Below are positions 16,909-25,825 of a DNA stretch of 32,000 nt, piece by piece; the stretch's first letter is position 1, and each line of letters begins with the position of its first letter. The notes beneath the pieces were generated by a model. The model was not told the origin of the DNA. It saw nothing but the letters and a program-made list of their open reading frames with translations, and did not search any database. The stretch covers positions 1 through 32,000 of the forward strand of contig NC_003276.1 in NCBI RefSeq assembly GCF_000009705.1. Reading direction: 5' to 3'. The position numbers were made by a program, and so were the translations under genes. The stretch comes from Nostoc sp. PCC 7120 = FACHB-418 (GTDB taxonomy: Bacteria > Cyanobacteriota > Cyanobacteriia > Cyanobacteriales > Nostocaceae).

Positions 16909-17562
16909 TTATTTAAAAGGTTGCCCCCACAATTCCCAATTTTCCTTGTTGAATGGGGATCGCCACTTCAATATCAGACTCAACTCCAACTGCTGCCGCG
17001 CTCGTCGCTCAACAGGCGTATCCCACCAAAAACCAATGTTAACAGCCGTTTCCATTTGATAGTGATAGTGTAGGTCTTGGTAACTGCCAATGTAATGTTT
17101 GCAATCATGAGTTCCTCGCCAACGTTTATTGCTGCGCTTGGTTTCTCCAACATAAAGCAATAGGGAAGCGGCAGAATCAATGACAAAGTACAAAGCAGCT
17201 TGACCAAAATCATCCGGCATCCGGTAAAAAGCCATTGGTTGTAAATGCAACGTGAACGGGTCTATTGCCTCCGGATCACAATGTGTAGGCGCTAGGTCAA
17301 ACAGTGTAGCTTGCTGTGGTGATTGGTTTACTCTTACCTGTTGCTGATGAGTCAGTATGCGCGATTTCCACTTTTGTAAGGCATCAGCACTCATCAGCAG
17401 AGTGTCTACTTTACTGCCGTAGCTGGGCGTAATTGTATTGTTGGCGAAGATGTTGAGTTGCTGTGGTTCCAATGGCGTTGGCTGAATGCGACCAGAGTCA
17501 TGATAAGGCATTGCAGCACCCAGATAATAGTAGCGATCGCCCAAAGCATAATTTGTTATCAA
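16909..17562 (-). CDS. Hypothetical protein with GIY-YIG-nuclease-like C-terminal domain
   Basis: A 217-aa ORF with a TTG start; an ATG at 17511 is an alternative. The stretch ALYFVIDSAASLLLYVGETKRSNKRWRGTHDCKHY resembles the GIY-(10-11)-YIG...R core. The assignment is tentative. Confidence 0.5.
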   Translation of the reverse strand: MITNYALGDRYYYLGAAMPYHDSGRIQPTPLEPQQLNIFANNTITPSYGSKVDTLLMSADALQKWKSRILTHQQQVRVNQSPQQATLFDLAPTHCDPEAIDPFTLHLQPMAFYRMPDDFGQAALYFVIDSAASLLLYVGETKRSNKRWRGTHDCKHYIGSYQDLHYHYQMETAVNIGFWWDTPVERRARQQLELSLILKWRSPFNKENWELWGQPFK

Positions 17563-17834
17563 AAGGTGGATACTGCTTAGGTAGAAGCGATGTCAAAGAT
17601 TTTAGCTTGAGCTTGATTGTAATTAATGCTAGAGAGTGTGTCTGTTTTGCGAGTAAATACATACTCTATTACCTTGTGCCGAAACTAAGTGTCTTAATAC
17701 GCTGTTAAGCAGTATTACTGAGAAATAAATTGATTTTCGGAAACTGGAAAAATAGTTTGGTAATTATACTATGTTATTTACTATAGATAGTTGTAATTTA
17801 TAGGAGTAATAAATTCATTAGACAAATTGAAATC

Positions 17835-18122
17835 ATGAACTTAATAAATAAAGCTCAATGGAATAATAGTTTATTAAACCAGTTAAGATATCAACTTGAA
17901 GTTATAGAAATCAATGATGCTAGAATAGCCAGATTCTTGTGTGGTTTGATTCCTTCTCATTGCCCATTTGAGAGAACTGTGTCTATTTTAGGACGAAAGG
18001 TATTTCAAATTCCACCTTTGTGTAAGTTAAACCCTTTTTATGAACAAATAGTTCTGCTTCGTTTTAAATGCTTGATGTATTTAGCAGATGACTGTGGTGA
18101 AGATGTAACTAAATACTGCTGA
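17835..18122 (+). CDS. Mo-dependent nitrogenase C-terminal domain family protein (small cyanobacterial protein)
   Basis: The 95-aa ORF reads ARFLCGLIPSHCPFERTVSILGRKVFQIPPLCKLNPFYEQIVLLRFKCLMYLADDCGEDVTKYC. It matches the conserved Cys pattern of that family as I recall it. Confidence 0.7.
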   Translation: MNLINKAQWNNSLLNQLRYQLEVIEINDARIARFLCGLIPSHCPFERTVSILGRKVFQIPPLCKLNPFYEQIVLLRFKCLMYLADDCGEDVTKYC

Positions 18123-18504
18123 ACTTAGGATTTACTAAAAAGGATATACTTAAGCAATAACTGTAGGAATACATATATTGCAGATGATTGACAAATAATT
18201 TCAGTATATTCTCTTATCTCAACTTAGCCATACCGTCAGTAAGACATATCTTAATCAAGCCAGTTGTTTTCTTGAATTACTAGATAACTACAGTAATTTA
18301 TAGTTGAAGACAACCTAAGAAATAACTTTTATAACTAAACCTTGAGGGCATATACCTCATCAGAAACCTAGTCATCATGGCTGGGTTTTTTGATAAGAAA
18401 GAACATCAGACCCATGAGAGCAATGGAATAGAAATGGCAATAGTTATCACATGACTTATGTCGATTACCGTACCATTGGCTTAAATCATTCTCAAGCGCC
18501 TCAA

Positions 18505-18546
18505 GCATAGCGATCGCCTATGGCGGGGCGCAGCCCATCGCTATGC
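18505..18546. repeat. Hairpin-forming short dispersed repeat containing HIP1
   Basis: GCATAGCGAT (18505-18514) pairs with ATCGCTATGC (18537-18546) around cgcctatggcggggcgcagccc. The core resembles 13275-13298 inside the LuxR gene. Confidence 0.5.
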
Positions 18547-18652
18547 TTATCGACTTACACCAGCAACTCTGTGATGCTGTGGGATTTCAGGCGAGGCAAG
18601 AAAAATACTGCGCCCTCTCAAGTGCGATGCTGTAACCGCCCAGCGTAGCTGA

Positions 18653-18811
18653 TCGCAACAACAGTGTGATCCTTCCTACCCAGATTTTTGCATTCCGCCC
18701 AATGCAGCAGATTTAGATTGCCGTGACATTCCTTACCGCAGATTTAGGGTGAATCAGCCAGATCCACATAACTTTGATAGGGATCGGGATGGGGTTGGGT
18801 GTGAGATATGA
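18653..18811 (+). pseudogene. Remnant of an Excalibur calcium-binding domain
   Basis: An open frame without a start codon: SQQQCDPSYPDFCIPPNAADLDCRDIPYRRFRVNQPDPHNFDRDRDGVGCEI*. It carries the DxDxDGxxCE Excalibur signature. An in-frame TGA lies at 18650-18652. Confidence 0.5.
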
Positions 18812-18870
18812 CCATTAGACGTAAGGCAATCAATTAATGTTAAGTATAAAAGAGGGTATGCTACTCAGTA

Positions 18871-20108
18871 TCATTTATACAGCAGCAGACGGTTTGTTGA
18901 TATTGCTATAGCCGCCAATATTAAGATACTTAGACTTAGAGATGGTTCAGGTACATCAGTAGAAGAAGCAATAGGCGTGAGAAGAAATGCCCGGTTTCTT
19001 AAACGATTACCATCTGGATCAATAAATTCTGAATTAGTTAAAATTTGCCCAAAATTATTAACTGCAATAGCAGAATTAAGAGTGACGTCCAGTGAAGAAG
19101 TAATTAGCTTATTAAGGTCAAATATTTGACCATTTTTATATAAGAAAGCCCGACGCTCACCATTCGCTGTAGTTGATTCACCAACAACTTGACCTAAATT
19201 ATTAATGTCATTTGCTAGACTAAATGAACCACCCAGTGTACCCAAATTACTATTATTTGAAATTGGACTATTAGGTGCTGTTAAAAAAGCATTAGTTTCA
19301 CCATTAGCCGTAGTTGAAAAACCAACAACTTGACCTAAGTTATTAATCGCCTTAGCCTCACTGTAGGAGCCGCCCAATGTCCCCAAGTCATCTGTATTTG
19401 GATTAATTGAACTATTGGGTGCAGTACGGAAGGCATGGGTTTGTAAATTGATGTCCCAAGACGCTCCCACTACTTGACCTAAATCATTGATGGCAAAAGC
19501 CGAGGTAAATCTAGCTCCAAAAGACGGTACATCCTTAACAATACCACCGAGTGAACCAATATCATCTGTTGCTTGGTTAACTGGATTATTAGGAGTAGTC
19601 CGGTAAGAGAATGAACCTAAAAATCGAGAAGATGTCACAATCGCTACTTGACCAGCATTATTAATACTTTGAGCGAAGCTAAAACTACCAAGACCAACAA
19701 GACCAAGTTTATCTGTTGCTGCATTGACTGGACTATTAGCAGAGGTTCGGAATGCTTCGTATAAATTCCACTCAGGATTACCAAAAGGTATAAGACCAAC
19801 GACTTGACCTAAATCGTTGATAGCAGAAGGGGAAGCAAATCCACCATTTGGAGGGTCGATATAATCCGTAATTGGATTGATAGGACTATTAGGAGTCGTG
19901 CGAAAGCCATGAAATTCTATCTGATTGTCCTTCAAGGGATCGTAGTAGCTCATCAAGCCAACGACCTGACCTTGATTGTTCATATTAGCTGCACGGATAT
20001 CTGTTCCCTCTGGGAGCAACTTACCAAGGTCAAGGACAGAGTAAACTGTTGCTGCGCTACTGGGTTGACAAATAGCTATTCCTAAACCAGTCAATACAAG
20101 CGCTGTTA
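18871..20108 (-). pseudogene. HAF-repeat extracellular protein with PEP-CTERM anchor, main body (gene interrupted by an IS at its 5' end)
   Basis: There are repeated units of the form ..AINDLGQVVG.....THAFRTAPNSPIN...D.LGTLGG. (HAF-type). The C-terminus is VPEPSLSLSILILAAIAISTNRLL (PEP-CTERM). The first 33 codons of the 445-aa track ORF lie inside the IS, so that ORF is chimeric. Confidence 0.8.
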
Positions 20109-21016
20109 GAGGGTGTTTGAAAAGTAGGGGATGTTGTAAAAAAACTCCCTCGGTATAAGCTGTGAATAGATAACAAACAGCACCGAGAGAGCGACATGAG
20201 TAAAGCATACCCCAGCAATCTGACCCGTGAGCAATATGAATTGATCAGGGACCTGATTCCAGAGGCAAAACCCGGTGGACGTAAGCGTGAAGTGGATATG
20301 TGGTCAGTCCTAAATGCAATTTTCTATATTTTGGTAGAAGGAGTGAGATGGCGAGGGCTACCAGGAGATTTTCCGCCCTGGCAAACAGTGTACACATATT
20401 TCCGTAACTGGCGTAAAGACGGAACGTGGTTACACATCCACGACAGGCTGAGGGAGTGGGTGCGGATAGAGCAGGAACGACACAAGAATCCATCAGAAGC
20501 GATCATCGATAGTCAAAGCGTCAAAAGTGCGGCGATGCTGAGTCAAGACGTAGGCTTTGATTCAGGTAAGAAAATTAAAGGGCGTAAGCGATTTATCACA
20601 GTCGATACCTTGGGATTAGTACTACGAGTCTTGGTGACGGCTGCCAATGTGGGTGAGCGTGCTGGTGGTCAACAAGTTCTCAAACGAGTTAAACAATCTC
20701 AGGCGAAAGATCGCTTAACCACCATTTGGGTTGATGGTGGCTTTGATGGGGAACCGTTCATGCAGTGGGTCATGAATTTTTGTCGTTGGATTGTACAGGT
20801 GGTGCTGCGGCCAGAGCAAACCAAGGGCTTTGTTTTGCTCAAAAAACGTTGGGTGGTAGAACGCACTTTTGGCTGGTTCATGGGATGTCGGCGATTGGTT
20901 AGAGATTATGAATTATTACCCGAAACCTCAGAAACATTTATCTACCTTGCAATGATCCGTATTATGGTGAAGCGATTGGCTTAATTTTGACTCCCTATAA
21001 CTTTTCAAACATCCTC
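20109..21016 (+). mobile_element. Complete IS5-family insertion sequence (908 bp)
   Basis: The terminal inverted repeats are GAGGGTGTTTGAAAAGT (20109-20125) and the reverse complement of 21000-21016, GAGGATGTTTGAAAAGT. A 3-bp direct duplication, TTA, lies at 20106-20108 and 21017-19. The element has a single transposase ORF. Confidence 0.9.
20196..20984 (+). CDS. IS5-family DDE transposase (single-frame)
   Basis: The 262-aa ORF has an N-terminal DUF4096-like region (LTREQYELIRDLIPEAKPGGRKREVDMWSVLNAIFYILVEGVRWRGLPGDFPPWQTVYTYFRNW). The DDE region reads IIDSQSVK...TVDTLGL...IWVDGGFDG...VVERTFGW. Confidence 0.9.
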   Translation: MSKAYPSNLTREQYELIRDLIPEAKPGGRKREVDMWSVLNAIFYILVEGVRWRGLPGDFPPWQTVYTYFRNWRKDGTWLHIHDRLREWVRIEQERHKNPSEAIIDSQSVKSAAMLSQDVGFDSGKKIKGRKRFITVDTLGLVLRVLVTAANVGERAGGQQVLKRVKQSQAKDRLTTIWVDGGFDGEPFMQWVMNFCRWIVQVVLRPEQTKGFVLLKKRWVVERTFGWFMGCRRLVRDYELLPETSETFIYLAMIRIMVKRLA

Positions 21017-21050
21017 TTAAACTAGCTTGATAAATACTGCGTAATTTCAT
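21017..21050 (-). pseudogene. Displaced 5' end (start codon and first signal-peptide codons) of the HAF/PEP-CTERM gene
   Basis: The minus strand reads ATG AAA TTA CGC AGT ATT TAT CAA GCT AGT TTA A. Joining it to 20105 and below after removing the IS and one TTA copy gives the in-frame sequence MKLRSIYQASLTALVLTGLGIAICQPSSAATVYS, a typical signal peptide. Confidence 0.75.
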
Positions 21051-21362
21051 ATTGAAGAATATATAAATTTTTATTACAAGTTTTAGAGTTCCTATACGCA
21101 AAACATACTATCCGAGTTATGTAGTTGTAAATCATACTTTAGTGGTATTACTAAAACCCAAAACTAAATATTAATGCCCATAACAAAAGCTGTGATTGAC
21201 GTTGCAAACATCCTGCTTTGGACAAGTCCGGTTCTGGGATGAGTGATGAAGATTCGGTTAACTTAGGAAAATCTGATGCTTGGGCGGGAAAACCCAAAGC
21301 ACCACCAGAGCATGATACTCAAGCGGCGAGTATGTATGAACTCGGTTACAGTGAGGGAGAGA

Positions 21363-24300
21363 TTAAAAATGGGTAGGAGAGTGAGCAGATATCACAATAA
21401 AACCAACAGAATCAAGTTTAAGTTGTGGCTGATGAATGCCTTGAACGATAGCGGACTTCAAAAGCCTTTCGATTTTCAATTCTTCAGCTAGAGTATTATC
21501 CCAAGCTTGTGTATTCAAACGTAAATTTAACTGCTCTACTTTAGCAGCTAGTTTCTGCTCTGCTAAATGAGCATAACGTTGACATAGTTGAATCAAGTGT
21601 TGACGTTGGGTGAGTAACGTCCTTGATGTATTACTAACTTCTTGACAAACTTTAGACCAATTAGTAGGCGCAATAAAATTGTCAATGATTCCTAAACGTT
21701 CTTTAGCAAGATTATGATCTTGTACTTCATGAGAAGTTTTATCTTTTTGATATGGGCGTTGTAATATACTCAAGAGTAATTCATCCTGAACTTCACTAAG
21801 TATTTCGGAACGAGCATCAATAAAGATAGTTTCAATCAATGGTGGAAATAAAGCGTCTACCTGACGCTTCAAGACGTTAAACCGAGAATTATCAAGTTGA
21901 TAATCTGTAAAAATCTGCTTGGCTTTTTCCAGATTAAATTCAACTAAATAGTTACATTGAAAACCAAACCATTCCATGCCCTCACTGCTGTCCCAAGATG
22001 AATCTTGTCGCCAAAGAGCAAAAGCTTGACCACGGTCATCCCATTCTATATATCTGGAAAGTGCATCTACCAACCCTTCTCCTATACGAAAAAGTTTGAT
22101 ACCAGGATTGTGGTTTGCTAGTTGGCGGTCATAAGTACCAAATTGGTTGAGATTGCTATGGATAAAGCGAGATTTCAACTCGTTGAGAGGGACTAAAGTA
22201 TACTTAGTTGCTTGATAATACTTGACATTTGCTAAATCTGGGTGATAAACAGATTTGAATTTTAGTGAATTATCAATCCAACCTTCTATAGCTCGTTTAA
22301 TTTCCAGATGATTAAGATCGTAACTATCTAGCTCTGGAAAAAATGTATCGTCATTCTCTCCAAGCAGAGCCTTATTTAATTTATGTTCTGCAATCACCTG
22401 GGATTGCGCTTGAGCAATTGTGTTTTTGATGGATTCTACTTGTTTGAGTAAACCAATAGCGCCTATTTGAAACAAGCTTTGTTCTAGATGTGATAATTCA
22501 TTATCTAATCGGAAACTAGCTATAGACTCAGTAAAAATGGAAAATCCATCCTTTAAAAGTTGATACCAAGCATAATGAAGACTATCATCTAAATCAGCGC
22601 CAACTAGTACGGTAAAATCAATATTTTTAGAACGCCCAATTTGGTCGAATCTAATAATTCTCTGTTCTAATTGATGTGGTTGCCAAGGTAGGTCAAAATT
22701 AATTACCCAATCAACAAATCCAAAATTATGACCCTCCTGTGCAGAAACATCACAGATAAAGATAAAGTAATTAGGATTAGTGTAAAACTGCTGTAAGTTT
22801 TTCTCGATTTCTCCCCAACTTTGTTCTGATTGATGGACAGCAATAGTTTCTGTACCAAAAGCATTTGCTAGTGAACGAGCGATTTCTAAGCAGGTTTGTC
22901 CAAAACTGGTAAATATCAATATCTTTGGCAAATAATCACCAGGAATAGGTCTAGAAATTCTCTGCCGGATTCTCTCGCTTAGTTTGCTAAGGTCGCTGCG
23001 AAATGATTGCAAACCAAAAATTTCTGATAAGCGGTAGAGAATGATGATTTTTAATAGTTCAATTCGATCTCCGTCTTCTGAAGGTTGATTAATAATTTGG
23101 CGTAAAGAGGTTAAAACCTCTTCTTCACCTTCAAACTTGGGAGTTTCAGTTAAGAGATTGACATCATCACTACTAAACTCTTTAAGTAGCAATGGATGAC
23201 GCACTCCACTCTGGCGTGCGGCTATTACTCGCTCTAAAATACCTAACCACGTACCAGAAGCTAAGAACAACAGCAGAAAAATGCGTTTATAAGCTTCCTG
23301 TTTGGGGGCAATAGTACGCCATTTCTCTAGCAGTTCATGAATATCAGGCGACCTCTCATCTAAATCGTATTCTTCCTTGGGTGTAATATTGCGGCTAAAT
23401 GTGTCATCTTCTAGATAAGCACGACGATTAGACAGTATTCGCTGATACAGTCGATAGTTTTCATTAATATAACTGCAAATTTCTTTAAGGGTTTTAGTAT
23501 GAGCAGACGAATCAGTGTTTAAGCCATCTTCCCATTTACCTAATAAAGTTAATAAATACTTGTCTTCGGGTAATAATGTTTGTAATTGCTTTAAACCATT
23601 GTGGACATTAGAAGTATTTTCCTCATTTATTAATGAGGAGATAAGTTGAGCTAGCAGTTTATCTTTATTAATTTTTAGCTGAAAATCTTCTAGATTATTG
23701 AGTTGATAAATTTTAGGCTCAAGTAAATGCAGCAGAACTAGTAACTCTTGCTCACATTGAAGAATATGACTTGCAGATAGTAAAAGTAAGTGTTCGCTTC
23801 TATGGGCTAGATACTTATAGATTTCAAAATCCTGGCGTAGTTTGCTATCTTGGGAATTAGCCATTGCGGCAATGTGGTGGGCTTCATCCAAAATTAGCAA
23901 GCCAATATTTTTCTGTGCATTAATTTTGGACGAATCCTCGTATGCCAGCACTACTACTCTTGTAGGAAACGAAGAAATATAGAATTTATTCTCTAACTCA
24001 TTTTTCCATTGTTGTAGTAATTTCCCTGGAACCAAGACTACTACTTTTTTTTCTGGCTCATCAAGTAGATATTGGCGCAGAATTACACCAGCTTCAATAG
24101 TTTTTCCCAGTCCGGCTTCATCAGCTAATATGTAGCGTTGAACTGAATCTTGTAATACTTGCCTGATGACTTCTACTTGATGAGGGTAAAGATGAATATT
24201 GGATGAAATTAGTCCACTCATCCCACGACTTACAGCCCTCTGCTGGATTAAGCATTTGATTAAAGCTGACCTTCTGTCGTGTAAATAGGGTGTTTCGTGT

Positions 24301-24668
24301 GCCTTGATTGCTAGTGTTTCAACCGGATCTTTTATTGTTAAATTACAACGGACATAAACTTCTTGTTCTGATTTAATTATAGATTTCTGCCCTGGCAAAT
24401 CAATTTCATACCTTTGGATGTCTTCATCCCATCCAGAAATTCTGCCAATTACCCATTTATATTTATCTTGCTCTTTTAATTGAACATAACATCGCGTTTG
24501 AGGTCTTAGTATAACCCCAGACAACGATTGTAAGGGTAAATGTTCTTGCCAGTGCTGTCCTATGGTACTAAAATACTCAACAACAATACTGCCACCAGAT
24601 ACTTCAATTACTTTACCTGTCCCCAAAGTATTATTTGAGGACTGCACTAATGAGCCAAGCTTAATCAT
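21363..24668 (-). CDS. SNF2-family ATPase/helicase, RapA-like
   Basis: The 1101-aa ORF has an N-terminal Tudor-like segment (LGTGKVIEVSGGSIVVEYF). SF2 motifs are LYPHQVEVIRQVL, ILADEAGLGKTIEAG (Walker A), LLILDEAHH (DEAH), LLLSAS, and QEGHNFGFVDWVINFDLPWQPHQLEQRIIRFDQIGR (motifs V-VI). The layout parallels E. coli RapA as recalled. Confidence 0.85.
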   Translation of the reverse strand: MIKLGSLVQSSNNTLGTGKVIEVSGGSIVVEYFSTIGQHWQEHLPLQSLSGVILRPQTRCYVQLKEQDKYKWVIGRISGWDEDIQRYEIDLPGQKSIIKSEQEVYVRCNLTIKDPVETLAIKAHETPYLHDRRSALIKCLIQQRAVSRGMSGLISSNIHLYPHQVEVIRQVLQDSVQRYILADEAGLGKTIEAGVILRQYLLDEPEKKVVVLVPGKLLQQWKNELENKFYISSFPTRVVVLAYEDSSKINAQKNIGLLILDEAHHIAAMANSQDSKLRQDFEIYKYLAHRSEHLLLLSASHILQCEQELLVLLHLLEPKIYQLNNLEDFQLKINKDKLLAQLISSLINEENTSNVHNGLKQLQTLLPEDKYLLTLLGKWEDGLNTDSSAHTKTLKEICSYINENYRLYQRILSNRRAYLEDDTFSRNITPKEEYDLDERSPDIHELLEKWRTIAPKQEAYKRIFLLLFLASGTWLGILERVIAARQSGVRHPLLLKEFSSDDVNLLTETPKFEGEEEVLTSLRQIINQPSEDGDRIELLKIIILYRLSEIFGLQSFRSDLSKLSERIRQRISRPIPGDYLPKILIFTSFGQTCLEIARSLANAFGTETIAVHQSEQSWGEIEKNLQQFYTNPNYFIFICDVSAQEGHNFGFVDWVINFDLPWQPHQLEQRIIRFDQIGRSKNIDFTVLVGADLDDSLHYAWYQLLKDGFSIFTESIASFRLDNELSHLEQSLFQIGAIGLLKQVESIKNTIAQAQSQVIAEHKLNKALLGENDDTFFPELDSYDLNHLEIKRAIEGWIDNSLKFKSVYHPDLANVKYYQATKYTLVPLNELKSRFIHSNLNQFGTYDRQLANHNPGIKLFRIGEGLVDALSRYIEWDDRGQAFALWRQDSSWDSSEGMEWFGFQCNYLVEFNLEKAKQIFTDYQLDNSRFNVLKRQVDALFPPLIETIFIDARSEILSEVQDELLLSILQRPYQKDKTSHEVQDHNLAKERLGIIDNFIAPTNWSKVCQEVSNTSRTLLTQRQHLIQLCQRYAHLAEQKLAAKVEQLNLRLNTQAWDNTLAEELKIERLLKSAIVQGIHQPQLKLDSVGFIVISAHSPTHF

Positions 24669-24689
24669 CAGAAAAATAGGTTTGAAACC

Positions 24690-24715
24690 CCGCCCTTTAG
24701 CAACGCGGAGGGCGG
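24690..24715 (-). other. Stem-loop in the 62-bp isrB-helicase spacer (terminator or IS200/IS605-type end hairpin)
   Basis: CCGCCCT (24690-24696) pairs with AGGGCGG (24709-24715) across a 12-nt loop. On the minus strand it is followed by GGTTTCAAACCTATTTTTC. Confidence 0.4.
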
Positions 24716-24730
24716 CTTTACAAATATCTT

Positions 24731-25825
24731 CTAGGCAACAATTAAGCCGTTGGAACGGCTAATTAACTGCACTTTACTAGAAGCAATCTGCCCTAACCGT
24801 TTCCAGTTAGCGTCGCTGACAGATACTTGTTTTTCGGTGTCTCCTGACACATAGCCAATCCCTTTAGGGGAAGTAACTAAATCCCCCTTGCGTAAGCCAT
24901 GACGAGTTGTAGAACCGCCATATTTACGACGTACACCACTTTTTGCAGGAACCATCAAGTGAAGTTGGCGGCGAGAGTAAGGAGGACGACGAATTAGTTT
25001 AAATAGCGCAAATGTAATCACAACATTTCCAAACCAATCGCCACCATTAACTTTTACTGTGTGATACTGGCGATACTCAACAAAAGCTGTAGCTGCAATA
25101 GCCACACCATCAACTGCATGAGTATTAAATTCTGACTTAGACTTGTCTGAAGAGTTTTTAGTCAGTCCCAGGTATTTACGAGTTGACGCGGTTTGATAAC
25201 CTTCGACTTTCGCTACTGGGGCAAACTGTTCTAACTGCTTCAACATCCACTTCTGCCCGACCATCACCGCAGAGAAACCTTTACCACTCCTAGCTTTTTT
25301 ACGTCCACTGGTCAGGTCTACATCTGCCCTAACGTACTCGTAACGAATTTCTGAGATTGGATAGATTTTGCATAGCTCAGAAACAATTCTCAACTCAAGT
25401 TGACGATTGGCGCGAATTGAAGGTGGAAGTTTACCCTGACGACGATTATCAAAGCGTTTCTGACGATGTGCGCGTTTTAAAAAATTAACCTTACGATCAA
25501 TCCTTCTACCTCTGCGACCACGCCGCATTAATCGTCTTGCGTCCATGCGATCACGCACTGTTTGGAATGGCAAAATCAAGTGAGCCGTGTACAGTGTGAA
25601 CTTGGCAGACTGTACACCGATCCCAGAAAACTTTTTACCTGGATCAATCCCAATAACAATATCTTGGGTTGCTCGTCCAGATGGTTCACCAGTAAGTTGC
25701 ACATAAAATTGTCCACAGTCTGAAGTGCGTTTTACCGCTTTACCCGACTCTACCCATTTCCTAGCCCTTGCGGGTGTTGTGGGCATTAGTGGTTGGTGGT
25801 TTTTATCTACTACAGGTACTCGCAT
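24731..25825 (-). CDS. isrB: IsrB-type OMEGA effector (PLMP domain plus split RuvC, no HNH); often annotated as RRXRR-domain protein
   Basis: 364 aa from the ATG at 25825. It reads MRVPVVDKNHQPLMPTTPARARKWVESGKA (PLMP motif), VIGIDPGKKFSGIGV (RuvC-I), RRLMRRGRRGRRIDRK...RFDNRR (Arg-rich bridge helix, RRXRR), ISEIRYEYVRADV (RuvC-II) and FNTHAVDGVAIA (RuvC-III). No Cys/His HNH insert lies between RuvC-II and RuvC-III. The C-terminal segment is GDLVTSPKGIGYVSG. Confidence 0.8.
   Translation of the reverse strand: MRVPVVDKNHQPLMPTTPARARKWVESGKAVKRTSDCGQFYVQLTGEPSGRATQDIVIGIDPGKKFSGIGVQSAKFTLYTAHLILPFQTVRDRMDARRLMRRGRRGRRIDRKVNFLKRAHRQKRFDNRRQGKLPPSIRANRQLELRIVSELCKIYPISEIRYEYVRADVDLTSGRKKARSGKGFSAVMVGQKWMLKQLEQFAPVAKVEGYQTASTRKYLGLTKNSSDKSKSEFNTHAVDGVAIAATAFVEYRQYHTVKVNGGDWFGNVVITFALFKLIRRPPYSRRQLHLMVPAKSGVRRKYGGSTTRHGLRKGDLVTSPKGIGYVSGDTEKQVSVSDANWKRLGQIASSKVQLISRSNGLIVA

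Noticed and set aside
18366-18392. Possible intrinsic terminator (AACCTAG...CTGGGTT followed by T6)
   Set aside because: The stem has a mismatch and lies about 250 nt after the nearest upstream stop codon (18122). The support is too weak to annotate.
18871-20208. The 445-aa ORF taken at face value as the intact HAF/PEP-CTERM gene
   Set aside because: Its first 33 codons lie inside the IS5-family element (20109-20208). The native start and signal-peptide codons are at 21017-21050, so the track ORF is a chimera.
20245-20881. Minus-strand ORFs 20245-20493, 20324-20506 and 20699-20881
   Set aside because: They are antisense to the intact IS5-family transposase gene.
21276-21491. 71-aa plus-strand ORF
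   Set aside because: It mostly overlaps the 3' end of the helicase gene in antisense and has no motif. The different-frame small ORF at 21239-21376 was kept only as a low-interest finding.
24562-24762. 66-aa plus-strand ORF spanning the isrB-helicase spacer
   Set aside because: It is antisense to the start of the helicase gene and the end of isrB. It is a by-product of the two real genes.
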